From: the human T2T-CHM13v2.0 reference genome, Homo sapiens | Length of the DNA: 64,000 nt | Strand: one strand, 5' to 3' | Assembly: GCF_009914755.1 (NCBI RefSeq) | Contig: NC_060934.1 | Part shown: positions 24,949-38,429 of the stretch, piece after piece | Layout: each line of letters opens with the position of its first letter | Numbering within the stretch: position 1 is the stretch's first letter | Notes under the pieces: generated by a model | The model's database searches: none | Told to the model about the DNA's origin: nothing | The model's input: only the letters and a program-made list of their open reading frames with translations | Made by a program: the position numbers and the translations under genes

Positions 24949-25168
24949 CAGGTGTCAGCGAATGACAGCATGTGGACCAAGTCCAGTGGCTGCTAGCTTT
25001 TGTAGGTAGAGTTTTACGGGAACACAGAGATGCCTGTTCATTTCCATGTTGTCTATGGCCTCTTTCACTTTACAATGGCCATGTTGAGGAGTTGTAGAAG
25101 AGAAACATGGCCCACAAAACTGAAAATATTTATTATCTGGCCCTTTACAGAGAAAATTTACTAACCTT
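24949..25168. mobile_element. MER58A-like hAT DNA transposon
   Basis: caggtgtcagc...tggcccacaaaactgaaaatatttattatctggccctttacagagaaaatttactaacc matches the recalled MER58A consensus. Confidence 0.75.
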
Positions 25169-25559
25169 GCAGTCGCCCATGCTCCAAACAGATAGTATTA
25201 AAAAGCTTTACTAAAGCAAGACCAGTGCACTCAAATTGTGCACATGAATGTTTCAATTTTAAACATTTTAAAACTCTATTACAGTATAAAAAGGGGCAGT
25301 TGTTGCTTGTGGAATACATTTTTTAAATGACGGAGAAAGCCTAAAAGGTATGCCTGGCTGATGAAGATTCAACAGATGCTTCTTGAGTTCTTTCCGTTAG
25401 GTATGTACCAGGATGAGCCCTTGGGGAGAGTACAGGGTGATCAGACATGGCCCACGTTTTCCTCCAGGATGAAGGCAAACACTAAGTTGTTGAACACCAC
25501 ACTCTGGGATTGGGGAGCTGAGAATTCCAATCAGGGGACAGGGAAAGCCTCCAGGGAGG

Positions 25560-26940
25560 AAAAGCCCTTTATCTTGTAGTTTCCCATAAATGAGTACATA
25601 CAAGTTACATGTTTTGAGATGTTTACTATTCTTTAGCTGCATGTAGAATTCTAGGAGGAAAATCATTTCCATGCAGGATTCCAGTTCACACTGTGCTTGA
25701 GAAGTCTGACTGCATTCCTTTCCTTTGCTTTGTTTTTCTTTCTTTCTTTGGAACCTTTTATGGTCCTTTCTCTGTGTCTCACCATCTAAAGTCCACAATG
25801 ATGTACCTTACCGGGATTTGTTTTTGGTATTTATCGTTCTGCTAACTCTGTAGGTCTTTTTAATCTGGAACTTCATGTGCCTCACCTTTGTATTCCCCGT
25901 TTCTTCTCCTTGGAACTGTATTAGGCAGATGTTGAGTCTCCTGGACTGATCTTATCTTTTTAGTATCTCTTCTTTCCTACTGTCTAGCTCTTTGTCTTTT
26001 TTGTTCATCCATCAGGGAGACTTTAAAATTTTTATCTACTAAAGCTTCTATAGAATTTTTATTATGATTTTTATATTTTTAATTTCCAAGAGCTCTTTCT
26101 TGAACTCTGATTAGAAAAATCATTAACATCCTTTTTTTGTCTTTTCATGGATACATCATCTCTTACCCCGCTTTGTTTGCCGGTTTCATGTGTGCCCTGC
26201 CTTCCCTTTATTTGTGTGTTTTTGTATCTAGCTTTCCTTAAATATCTGGTACCTTTGCTGTATGTTGTGATTTAAGGTTGAGTCATAAAGCTAATTGGGC
26301 AGGGCTTGTTAATTGGGCTTCACTGAGGGTGACTGGTGTGAGCTGGGTTTTCATTGGTTGACCTCCAGTGTTAGCTAGCGTCTGGCCTTTACTTTGAGGC
26401 TGTTTGATTCCCTAGAGGAGGCTCTTCATACTCCTGCCTGGTGTATGTGAACCTGGCATTCTGGAAGCTGTGCAGAAGGGCGTAGGTGCTCACAGGTCAG
26501 TTCTTAGTCTTTCACATCATCTCCCTATTTTCCATCTGTTTGTTCAGGCATGCCCTCTACTCATCTGTTTTTCCAAAACCAGAGCCTCAGATAGTTAAAA
26601 CTTCTGTCTTCCTCAAAAGTTGGAAAGGGGATGGTTTCCTGGCTTTGAAGGAGGGGTGGAAACCTGGAGAGTTTAGCTTCTCTTTATCGGCACTTTCCAC
26701 CTATTTGCCTGTTTCTAGCCCCATAGTTCACCCCCTGCCTTCTGCAGTACCTGGTGCCTTTAGTTTCAAAGCTCTGCAGGGCCCTGCCTGGTGAATGGGC
26801 TGCCTCTCATCAGCACCACCCTCTGCAGGTGTGTAGATTGAGCTGTCTTCAGCTCTGCAAGTCAGTATCTACTTTGCCACCTGCTTCCCATCTTCATAGA
26901 GTGATGTGGTGTTCAGGTGCTCCGAGATGGAATGTGTGTT
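25560..26940 (-). mobile_element. Very old degraded L1M fragments
   Basis: T-rich antisense L1-like text (attaggcagatgttgagtctcctggactgatc..., ttttaatttccaagagctctttcttgaactctga). Confidence 0.5.
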
Positions 26941-26946
26941 CTTGTT

Positions 26947-27507
26947 TGTATTAGTGAGGGCTCTCTGGAGAAACAAAACCAGTAGGATGTCTGTCTGTCT
27001 GTCTACCTATCTGTCTATTTGTCTGTCTACCTATCAATCAATCATCAGTCATGTATCTATCTTAGCAATCAATCAATTGATTGATTTATTTTAGGGAATT
27101 GGTTCATGAAATTGTAGTGGCTGGCAAGTCTGAAATCTATAGGGCAGGGTGGCAGGCTGGAAATTCAGGTAAGAATTGATGTTACATTGTTGACCCCCCA
27201 AATATGCGGACCAGCAGGCTGGAACTCAGATAGGATTTCTACGCTGCAGTCTTGACGTAGAACTCCTTCTTATCTGGGAAACCTCAATCTTTACTCTTAA
27301 GGCCTTCAACTGATTGGATGAGGCCCCTCACATTATATAAAGGGTAATAAATAATACCCTCCATAATTTCTTACTTAAACTCAATTGATTGCAAACGTTC
27401 CTCACTGCTAAAAATACCTTTACGGTAACATCTAGGCTGGTGTGTGTTTGACTGAACAACTGGCCACCATAGTCTAGCCAAGTTGACACATAAGGTTACC
27501 GATCACA
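26947..27507 (-). mobile_element. Solo ERVL LTR (MLT2C/D-like) with an internal TCTA/TCAA simple repeat
   Basis: tgtattagt...agccaagttgacacataaggttaccgatcaca termini; near-TSD ttgtt/ctgtt; MLT2 motif aaggccttcaactgattggatgaggccc. Confidence 0.8.
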
Positions 27508-27923
27508 CTGTTTTTCCTTTCTTCCTGCATCATTTTAAAGTCACAAATACCATCATGATGGTCTAATGCATTCGTTGTAGAGGAATCATTTTTTAGAGAG
27601 TTCTTGCTTTGCCTCAGTGTTATTACTGTTGATAGCAGAGTCCTTGAGGGTGGAGGATACAGACTATAGGGTCTTTTACCAGCTGCGTGTCTGGGAGTTT
27701 GCTTTTGCTGAAGGAATCTAAGTAGGTTTTAACTATGAATTGAGAAATTATCACATGATAGCATGCATCTATGCCAGGTTTAATGCCATCGAGCATGAAT
27801 ATTCATTATTATAAACCAGCTGGTTCTTAGAGTGGTTGGGCAGGCCTTTGCATAAAGAAAGAGGAAACAGGAAAGTAGAGGAAATTGCAAGATTTGTTTG
27901 TTTTGCTTCATTTAATGGAATGA

Positions 27924-28285
<362 letters not shown>

Positions 28286-29011
28286 GCCACTCTCCTTTCT
28301 TTTAAGAATTGTATAAAATGGCATGGGCTGCTTAGGTCATTTGTTCCAACAGGACACATTGGTGGCCATGTGTCTGAGGTCACCTCAACTTGTATGGTTT
28401 CTCTTATAACTTACAAATGAAAGCTCCCAGATTCACTGATATGTCAAGGGGTATCAGCGAACTTGGCAAGATCCCCTCATGGTTTTTTCCCTGAATTTTT
28501 ATAACCCTACATCTCAAGCTTCCAAGACAATTGCGGAGGTTCTGGGAAGTAACAACAGTTGTTTTGCCAAATAAAGGAAGACTCCCCCTAGATCCTGGGA
28601 GGCTTGCTTTGGGCATGCCAAGTCCCTGGAGGGAATGGTTGTTTAAAGCTGAATCAGACCTCTTTGGAGGGCAATGTTTCTCAACTTGTTGTTTTTTTGT
28701 TTTGTTTTGTTTTTTTATCACTCCCTCCTCCCCATGGAGCCTTTTTAGATTTTTTAAAAATAATTCCCCACCATAAAATGTTAATGCTGCAGATATATTG
28801 TATATCTGTTTACGTCTTAAAAATATAAGCATCTAGGTTCACAGTCATGTTAAGGGACATCAGCATACTAGGCAAGAGCCCCTCATGTTTTTTTTTTCCC
28901 TAATGATTTTTTCCCTAAATAACTGTAATTTCTAAGATTTTAAGATCTCCCCAGGAACCAATTACCAATTTTCATCTCCTCAGGGGGCATATGAGAATGC
29001 ATGTTCTAGGG

Positions 29012-29256
29012 CAGTGGTTCTCCACTGGGCAGTTTTGCACCCCCCAGGGGACATTTAGCAATGTCTGGAGACATTTTTGGTTGTCACAAGTGTGCGTGTG
29101 TGTGTGTGTGCGTGCATGTGTAACAGGGGGTGCTATTAGCATCTCGAGAACAGAGGTCAAGGATGCTGCTGAATATCCTGCAGGGCACAGGACAGCCCCT
29201 GTGGCAAAGAATTATCTGGCCTCAAATGTGAATAGTGTCCAGGCTGAGGAAGCGTG
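29012..29256 (+). mobile_element. MER20 hAT DNA transposon with an internal (TG)n expansion
   Basis: cagtggttctc start; ccccaggggacattt..caatgtctggagacatttttggttgtcacaa; perfect 8-bp TSD ttctaggg (29004-29011 and 29257-29264). Confidence 0.9.
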
Positions 29257-29473
29257 TTCTAGGGTAATTAGGCAAATATATGGAAGAAATTGATCACTGT
29301 GTTAAATTCGTCCACTCTCCAAGTTCCTGGTCTGAATAAGTAGAATATTTTTAGCAATGGATACTGTTTAATTAATTCAAAATACTCTTTCTCAAAGAAA
29401 TAGCTCACTATTTGATTTCTATGAAAAAAAGATCAGAGTCAGATTAAAGGTTATAATGAAAACCCAGTGCAAA

Positions 29474-29876
29474 GCCAGAAATAGTGGCTCATGTCTGTAA
29501 TCTCAGTGCCATGGGAGGCTGAGGTAGGAGGACCACTTTAGGCCAGGAGTTCGAGACCAGCCTTGACAACATAGTAAGACCATGTCTCTAGAAAATATTT
29601 TTTTGGTATGCAGCAGAGCAGCTCCTTCGCTGAGATCTATTGAAAGCCCTCAACACAAGGGTTTGTAAAAAAGAAAAAACAAAAAATAATAAAAGAAACA
29701 AAAAAATGTTTTAAAAAGAAGCCAGGGATTGTGGCACACACCTGTAACCCTAGCTATTAGGAGGTGGGTAGATCACATGAACCTGTGAGTTTGAGGCTCA
29801 AGTGAGCTATGATTCCATCTCAGCACTCCAGCCTGGGCAACAGACCAAGACCTGTCTCAAACAAACAAACAAAAAT
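29474..29876 (+). mobile_element. Old AluJ split at its central A-rich linker by a 28S rRNA retro-fragment
   Basis: Diverged left arm ~29474-29591 and right arm ~29720-29860 (gaggctcaagtgagctatgatt, J-type), with an (AAAC)n tail. Confidence 0.85.
29602..29706 (+). pseudogene. Retroposed 3' terminus of 28S (LSU) rRNA with poly(A) tail
   Basis: gtatgcagcagagcagctccttcgctgagatctattgaaagccctcaacacaagggtttgt matches the recalled human 28S 3' end (gtacgtagcagagcagctccctcgctgcgatctattgaaagtcagccctcgacacaagggtttgt). A-rich tail 29667-29706; TSD aaaatatttt / aaaatgtttt. Confidence 0.88.
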
Positions 29877-30990
29877 CCAATGCCTCTTTCTTTCAACTTT
29901 TTATTATACAACATTTCAGGCATATGAAAGACAGCAATGTCTAGTGAATCCTCATCCCCCGCGGGTACAGCATTCTGCCCTTCTTGTATCCTGTCCTTCT
30001 CTACCCATTTCTCACCACCATTCAATGATGATGATTCTTAAAGTTATTTTAGCATTTTAAGGTAAAATTAGCATCAAAATGCATAAATCATAACCATTCA
30101 GTTTTTACAAATGGACATACTGTATAACCCATATTCCTATCACAATACAGAATATTTCCATAACACCGAAATCTCTCTTATGTCCATGTCCAGTCAATCT
30201 TCATCCCCATGAGGCAGCCACTGTTCAGGGTTTTTGTTTGTTTGTTTTTTGTTTTTTTGTCTTTTTTAAACTTTAGATTAGTTTTGCCTATTTTAGAACT
30301 TCTTAGAAATGGAGTCATATAGTATGTGCTCTTTTATGTCTGACAGCTTTGGCTCAGTATGTCTTGAAATCCATATATGTTAAGTATCAGTAACGTATTC
30401 TTTTTTATTGTTGAAATGTATTTCACTATAATGAGTATCACACACGTTCTTTATCCGTCTTATCTTTGCTAAACATTTAGGTTGTTCTAGTTTGTTCAGT
30501 TGTGAATAAAGCTGCCCTGAACATTTGTGTGCAATTGTTTAGTGGACATATGTTGTCACTTATCTTGGCTAAGTATCTATGAGTGGCATTGCTTGGTTAA
30601 AAGTGAGGTCTGTGTTTAACATTGGAAGAAACCATCCAGCCTTTTTACTAAATGCTTGTGTCAGTTGGCATTCTCATGGGCAATCTATGAAAATTCCAGT
30701 ACTCCATGTCCTCACCGACATTTGGTGTCATCACTCTTTTCAATTTTAGTCATTTTGGTGGGTGCATAGTGGTATCTCTGTAGTTGTAATTTGCATTTCC
30801 CTGATGACTAATGTTGCTGTGCACCTTGTCATTTGCATACAGGCTGTTCACTTATCTTACTACATTAATTGGTGGAGTTTCTCCATATCCTGTTTGCAAG
30901 CCTTCTGTCAGATAATTTTTCATGCCTATTTTCTTCTATCAATAGAAGAAAGAATAGAAGAAAGAAAGAAGAAGAAATGTATGCCTGTCA

Positions 30991-31309
30991 TTTTCTTTTT
31001 TTTTTTTTTTTTTTGAGACGGAGTCTTGCTTTGTCACCAGGCTGAAGTGCAGTGGCACCATCTCGGCTCGCTGCAACCTCTGGCTCACTACAATCTCCAC
31101 CTCCTGGGTTCAAGTGATTCTTCTGCCTCAGCCTCCCAAGTAGCTGGGACTACAGGCACGTGCCACCACGCCCAGCTAATTTTTGTATTTTTAGTAGAGA
31201 CGGGGATTCACCGTGTTGGCCAGGATAGTCTCAATCTCTTGACCTCATGATCCGACCGCCTCAGCCTCCTAAAGTGCTGGGATTACAGACGTGAGCCACC
31301 GTGCCTGGC
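30991..31309 (-). mobile_element. AluSc, antisense, with an internal 17-bp tandem duplication
   Basis: T-tail; ttgtcaccaggct and tctcaatctcttgacctc Sc diagnostics; cggctcgctgcaacctc/tggctcactacaatctc duplication at 31064-31097. Confidence 0.92.
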
Positions 31310-31723
31310 AGCCTTTTATTTTCTTAATGATGTCTTTTGATGAGCAGCATCTTTTAATTTTGATTAAATCTAATTTACTACTTTCTTCTTTTATGGCTAT
31401 TGCACTCTGTGTCCTAAGAAACCTTTTCCTGCCCTCAAGTTACAAATCTGTCTCCATATGTTTTCTTTAAAACATTATGGCTTTTATATTTAGGCTTTTC
31501 TCTAATTTTTGTTTATAGTATGAGGTAGAGTTTGAAGTTCATTTTTTTCATATCAGTATTCATGTATTCAGCACCATTTGTTGAGATGACTTTCCTTTCA
31601 CTATCAAATTACTTTGGTGCCTTTGCAAAAATTAATAGACTGTATAAATTTGGATCTACTTCTGTACTCTGCATACAATTCATTAATCTGTGTTCCTATC
31701 CTTAATCAAGAACCACAGTACAT

Positions 31724-31780
31724 ATATATATATGTATACACACTACACATATATATGTGTGTACACACACTACACACACT

Positions 31781-31819
<39 letters not shown>

Positions 31820-32283
31820 CACACATACATATTTTATACTTTTAAGTTCTGGGATACATGTGCAGAACATGCAGTTTTGTTACATAGGTATACATGTGCC
31901 ATGGTGGTTTGCTGCACCCATCAACCCATCGTCTACATTAGGTATTTCTCCTAATGCTATCCCTCCCCTAGCCCCTACGCCCCCAACAGGCCCTGGTGTG
32001 TGATGTTCCCCTCCCTGTGTCCATGTGTTCTCATTGTTCAACTCCCACTTATGAGTGGGAACATGCGGTGTTTGGTTTTCTGTTCCTGTGTTAGTTTACT
32101 AAGAATGATGGTTTCCAACTTCATCCATGTCCCTGCAAAGGACATGAACTCATCTTTTTTTGTGGCTGCATAGTATTCCATGGTGTATATGTACCACATT
32201 TTGTTTATCCATTCTATCATTGATGGGCATTTGGGTTGGTTCCAAGTCTTTGCTATTGTGAATAGTGCTGCAATAAACATATG
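31724..32283 (-). mobile_element. 5'-truncated L1PA 3' end whose tail has become a (TA)n/(CA)n microsatellite
   Basis: tttaagttctgggatacatgtgcagaacatgcag...; ORF2 C-terminus MFIAALFTIAKTWNQPKCPS in the ORF track; approximate TSD gaaccacagtacat / gaaccacactatat. Confidence 0.9.
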
Positions 32284-32896
32284 GAACCACACTATATTGA
32301 TTAGTATAGCATTATATTAGATCTTGACATCAGACAAGATCTTTATTTAAATAAATTCATTTGAAATAAATTTCACATATGATTCAATTCACCCATTTAA
32401 AATGGTTTATGGTATATGTTTTTAGTATATTGTCTATTGTATATTCACAGCATTTGCACAATTACCACAATCTAATTTCACATTTTTGTCTCTCATAAAA
32501 TAAAACCTGAATCCATTAGCTCTCTCCCTCCACCTCTCCCCACCCTTCTCTATCCCCAGACCTAAACAAACATTGATTTACTTACTGTCTCTATAATTTG
32601 CCTATTCTGGACATTTCATATAAATGAAATAATACAATATATAGTCATTCGTGACTGATTTCTTTCACTTGGCATAATGTTTTCAAGATTCATGATGTAG
32701 CATATATTAGTACTTTATTTTTTATTGCTCAGTAATCTTTTATTATGTGGATATAGGTCACATTTTATTTATCCATGAATCTAAGTCATTTGATGGACAT
32801 TTGGGTTGTTTCCAGCTTTTGGATATTATGAATAGTGCTGCCATAAAAATAGTATACAAGTTTTTGTGTGGATATATGTTTTCTTTTGGGTATATA

Positions 32897-32945
32897 TTAG
32901 ATAGGTGCGAAAGTAATTGTGGTTTTTGCCACTGAAGGTAATAAC
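32897..32945. mobile_element. Partial MADE1 (Hsmar1-derived MITE)
   Basis: ttagataggtgcgaaagtaattgtggtttttgccactgaaggtaat corresponds to one MADE1 arm, within an L1. Confidence 0.75.
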
Positions 32946-35924
32946 AACTAAGAATGGAATTGATGGGCATATGGTAACTCTGGGTATAAATTTGAGGAAC
33001 TGCCAACCTGCTCCATTACAACTGCCCATTTTATATTCTGACCAACAGACTGACATCTGATATTTCCACAACCTTGACATCATTTGTTATATTCCATCTT
33101 TTTTATTATAGCCATGCTAATTGGTGTGAAATGGTATCTGATTATGATTTTGATTTATGTTTCCCTAATGACTAATGAGGTTGAATACCTTTTCATTTGC
33201 TTATTGGCCGTTTGTATATCTTATCTGCAAAATTTTCTATGCAAATCCTTTGCCCATTTTTAAATCCGGTTTTGTGTCTTTTTATCATTGAAGTTTAAGT
33301 GTGGTTTTACATATTGTAGATACAAGACCATTCTCAAATATATGACTTGCAAATATCTTCTCCTATTCTGTGGGTTGTATTTTTACTCTCATGATAGTAT
33401 TGTTTACAGCAAAAAGCTTTACATTTTGATGTAGTCAAATTTATCTATTTTTCCCCTTTGTTATCTGTGCTTTTGTCATAATATCTAAGAAACAATTTCC
33501 TAACCCAAGGTCACATTTTTCCTATATAGCTCTCTTGCCTCCTCCCTATTTTCATGCTGTTATTACTGTACATATTGTATCTTTATATATTACAAACCCA
33601 ATAATATGTTGTTACAATTATTATTTAACTTTATGTCTTTTAAAGAAGCTGAGGGAAAAAAGGAGAGCAAATATATATTCCTAGAATTTGTTATATTTAC
33701 CTTCTTACCATATTTGGTTCTTTTCATTTGTTCCTGTGGATTCGAGTTACCATCTGGTTTCATTTCCTTAGTCCAATCCGACTTTGCTCCCACCCAGTTC
33801 TTTTGTGCTGCTATTAGCAAATATATTATCTTTCCATATGTTGTAGGAACAACAATGCAATTACATATGTATCATTCTTTATTACTGCTTTTTAAATCAG
33901 TTAAGAAAGGAGAAGAAAGATGCATTTATACTGTCTTTTATAATTACATAATTAACTTTATTGGTGTTCTTTGTTTTTTGTGTACGATTTCAAATTACTA
34001 TCTGGGATCACTTGTTTGTGGTCTAAAGACTTTAGTATTTTTTGTGAGGGGGGTCTGCTAGCAATGAATTCTCTCACTTTTAGTTTTTGTTTCTCTGGGA
34101 ACATCTTTATTTTGCCTACATATTTGAACAATGATTTTGTCTTGATTGACTTTTTTTTTTCCTTGAGTCTATTGTTCTGTTTTCTTCTGGAGTTGTTTCT
34201 ATTGGGAAGTGAGCTGTTCATCTTATTAGGGTTCCCTTGTAAGTGACAAATCATTTTTCCTCTTGTTGCTTTAAATATTTTTTCCTTCTTTGGCATTCCT
34301 CATTTTTATTGTGACTTATCTGTATGTGGATCTTTTTGTGTTTATCTACTTGGAGTTCACTGAGCTCCTAGGATGTATACATTAATGTTTATCATCGAAT
34401 TTAGGATGTTTTCAGCCATTATTTCTTTGCGTATTTTTTTTCTGCTCCCCCTCCTCTCTTATTACTTCTTCAGGTACTTCCATTACATCTACATTGGTAT
34501 GCTTAAATGTGTCCTATATTTCTGTAAGACTGTTTATTTCTCTTCTTTTTTCCTTCTGTTTATTGGATTGGAAAATCGCTATCGGACTATCTTAAATTTG
34601 CCTATTCTTAATTCTTTGTTTCCAATCTACTGCTAAGGCCCTCTAGTAAATTTTTCCCTTCAGTTAATGTACTTTTCAATTCCAGACTTTCTATTTGGTT
34701 CTCTTTTATAATTTGTGTCTTTATTGATATTCTTAATTTGATGAGACATTGTCATCATCCCTTCCATCCCTTCCTGAGGCGTGCTTTCCTTTAGTTCTCT
34801 GAAGAGAATTATAACGGCTACTTTGAAGTCTTTGTTAAATCTGGCATCTGGTGGCCCTCACAGGCAGTTTCTGTTGCCTCCTTTTTCTCCTGGTGTGTGA
34901 TCAGACTTTCCTGTTTCTTTGCATGTCTCATTTTTTTGTTGTTGTTGGAGACCAGCGAATTTAGGTAATAGAGAAATTCTCAGTACTAGTCACCTTGCAT
35001 TCTAAAGCTTATTATTGTCATTTGCAATGAATGGCTGGATTATTTTAGCGAAGTCTATTTTCCCCACAATATGAGACCTGTGGTGGTGGTATTATTATTA
35101 TGTCCAAGCATTTTCTACATTCCTTTGTGATTTCCTTTATCTGTGGGCTATTTAGGAGTTGATTGTTTACTTTCCAAATTTTTAAGACTTCCCTACTTAA
35201 TGTTATAAATTTTTAGTTTTATTGTGAATAGAAAACATATGAAATTTTACTCTCTTGACATTTATTGAGGTTTGTTTTATTGCTCAATGTATAGTTTATC
35301 TTGGTGGATGTTCTATGCACACCTGAAAATTTATTCTCCATCTGTTGGGTGTTGCATTCCATGTGTCAATTACTTAAGATGATGTTGTTCAGAGATTTTT
35401 GGTCCTTGTTTTTTGTGTGTGTGTCTTATTCTGTCGGTCACTGAGAGTAGAGTTTGATAGTCTTCAACTATGATTGTAGATTTGTCTGTTTCTCCTTTTA
35501 GTTCTGTGAGGGTTTGCTTCATATATTTTGGAACTCTGTTCATAGGCACATTCATATTTATGATTAGCATGTCTTCTTGATATTTTGAGCCTTTTTTTCC
35601 AATATTAAATGTCCTCGTTTTTTATTTTATCTCTTCCTGTTTCATGATGTGACTTCATGTGGATGCAAACCCCCCTGGGATCATCAATTGTGAAACCTTT
35701 TAATAACAGAGTTCTTGTTCTTAACCCTTGGTGATGGAATGGACTTAAATTATAAAGGGATTGGATAGCAGCTATTTTGTGTGGTTTTCTTTTATTACTG
35801 TTTCAAATTACTGACTTGTAACAGCCTTCCAAATTTGAGTTTAGAGATCATTCAAGACATTTCAAAAATAGAAATTCAAAATTACCATGTGTCCTTTGTA
35901 ATGGACATCTTTTGGGAAATGGAC

Positions 35925-37765
35925 ATCTATAAAATATTGATGAAAGAAATTAAAGACACAAATAAATGGAAAGATAGTTCATGCTTGTGAAGAATCAATA
36001 TTGTCAAGATGTTTATATTATCCAAAGCAATCTAGAGGTTCAATACAATCTCTATCAAAATTCCAAAGGCATTTAGGCATTTTTCACAGAAATAGAAAAA
36101 AAATCCTAAGTTTTGCATGAAAAGACAGAAGACCCCAGATAGGTAAATCAATCTTGAGCAAGAAGAAGAAAGCTAGAGGCATAACACTTCCTGATTTCAA
36201 ATTATATTATAAAACTGTAATAATAAAAACAGTATAATACTGGCATAAAAACAGACCAATGGAATAGAATAGAAAGCCCAGAAGGAAACTGATGCATATA
36301 GGGTCAACTAATTTTTGACAAAGACTCCAACAACACACCAGAGGGAAAAGGTACTCTGTTCAATAAATGGTATTGGGAAAATTGGATATCCACATGCAAA
36401 AACAAGTGAAATTGGGTCCTTATCTTATATCATACACAAAAATCAATTCAAAATGAATTAAGGATTTAAACATAAAACCTGAAACCATCAAACACCTAGA
36501 AGAAAACATAGGGAAATAAGATCCTCAACTTTGGTCTTCTTGGCAATGGTTTTTTAGCATATGATACCTAAAGCACAGGCAAAAAAAAAAAAAAAAAGGC
36601 AAAAATAAACAAGTAGGATTACAAAAAAACTGATGTTTTTGCACAGTAAAGGAAACAATAAACAAAATGAAAAGACAACCTTGAAATGGGAGGCAATACT
36701 TGCAAACTGTATATCAAATAAGAGGTTAACCTCAAAAATATATGAAGAACTCATACAATTAAATAGCAAAAAGACAAATAACCCAATTAAAAAGCGAGCA
36801 AAAGACCTGAATAGACATTGTCCTAAAGAAAGCTACAAATCTCCAACAGATATATTAACAGCACTAATTATGAGGGAAATGCCATTCAGAACTATAATGA
36901 GGTGTCATCACACATCTGTTAGGATGGCTATTATCAAATAGACAAGAGATAATAAATGTTGGCGAAGTTGTGGAGAAAAGAGAACCCTTGTACACTGTTG
37001 GTGGGGATGTAAATTGGTATAGCCCTTATGAAAAAGAGCATAGAGCTTCCTAAAGAAATTAAAAATGTAACTACCGTATGATCAAGCAATCTCACTTCTG
37101 AGTCCATATCCAAAGGAAATGAAATCAGTATGTCAAAGAGATATCTGTACCACCAAATTCATTGCAGCATTATTCACAATAGCCAAGATATGGAAACACC
37201 CTGTCAATGGATGAATGAATAAAGAAAATGTGATAGATATAGATAAACAATTGAATATTATTCGGCTTCAAAAAAAGAAAAGGAAATTCTTCTATTTGTA
37301 ACAACATGGATGAACCTAGAGGACATTACGCTAAGCGAAATAAGCCAGACACAGAAAGACAACTACTGCATGATCTTACATACATAGATGTGAAATCTAA
37401 AAAAGTTGAACTCATCAAAGCAGAGATTAGAAAGTTGATTGCCAGGAGCTGTGGGGTTGGGGAAAATGGGGAGATGTTGGTCAAAGTGTACAAACTTATA
37501 AGATGAATAAATTCTGAAAACCTAATGTACAGGAAGCGAGTATAATTAGTAATGTATTGTATACTTGAAATTTGCAAAGAGCATAGCTCTTAAGCATTCT
37601 CACCCCTCCCCCAAAGGTAACTATGTGAGGTGATGGATACGTACATCAGCTTGCTCATGGGAATCTTTTCACAATAAATACATATATCAAAATATCACAT
37701 CGTATGCTTTGAATATATACAATTATTATTTGTCAATTATAGCTCAATAAAGCTGAAAACAATTA
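35925..37765 (+). mobile_element. L1MA 3' portion (end of ORF2 plus 3'UTR), sense
   Basis: Decayed ORF2 translation (EELIQLNSKKTNNPIKKRAKDLNRH); L1MA 3'UTR (taactatgtgaggtgatggata); ends ctcaataaagctgaaaa. Confidence 0.88.
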
Positions 37766-37901
37766 AAGATCTAAATACCATGAGCGAGCACTGTTCCGCA
37801 TTCCCTTTTTCTGGAAATTGTCCCAATCCTGAGCTGGGTGTCCATCCTCAGCCAGGGCCCTGCCACAGAAACCTTCTGTTTTGGGTTCAGAACCACCAGG
37901 C

Positions 37902-37906
<5 letters not shown>

Positions 37907-37990
<84 letters not shown>
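37907..37990. repeat. Compound microsatellite (CT)22(GT)20
   Basis: Seen directly; uninterrupted. Confidence 0.97.
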
Positions 37991-37996
<6 letters not shown>

Positions 37997-38429
37997 ATTC
38001 ATATCTAGTATGCATTTCCTTAGAACCAGAATATTTTCTTTTCCCTTTTGGATAGAACTCATAAGTCTGGATAAGTCATTCCCATGGGGGCCTCCACAGC
38101 AAACATTTCCTTCCAGGCTTGCTTCTTTATGCCTCCCGGTGAGGCTGGGCTGCCTCTCTTGGCATCTCCTTGGAAAATGCAAACTCATTTGAACATTAGC
38201 CAGAACCATCATAATTAGGGAGTTAACTCTGCCAAAGGAAAATGAAACAGATCATTCTATAGCCAAGTCTGTGCCATCTTTGGATGATTCAGACCAATGC
38301 TTCTTTCCTTTCATCAGCCTTCGGAGTCTGCTAATTAGTGCTAAATAGCACCTTCCCTCTATGCCAGCAGCAGATTTAGTGCTGGAGATATAGACATAGA
38401 AAAGGCGTTTCACGTTTTTGGATAATGAC

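Larger units (their letters stand above)
30040..35620 (-). mobile_element. Block of nested antisense old L1M (L1MB/MC/ME-like) fragments
   Basis: L1 3'UTR and ORF2 antisense motifs, e.g. atttgcatttccctgatgactaatg, gatggacatttgggttgtttccagc, caactatgattgtagatttgtctgtttctcctttt. Translation at 33958..34296 resembles decayed L1 ORF1. Confidence 0.75.

Noticed and set aside
29602-29666. Functional rRNA gene
   Set aside because: Only ~65 nt, diverged, A-tailed and TSD-flanked: a retro-fragment.
32038-37506. ORFs resembling L1 ORF1/ORF2
   Set aside because: Short, frameshifted remnants of dead L1 copies; no intact retrotransposon.
37763-38212. 149-aa ORF with THTH/ERER runs (similar at 51863-52214 and 31614-32003)
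   Set aside because: Open only because dinucleotide microsatellites lack stop codons.
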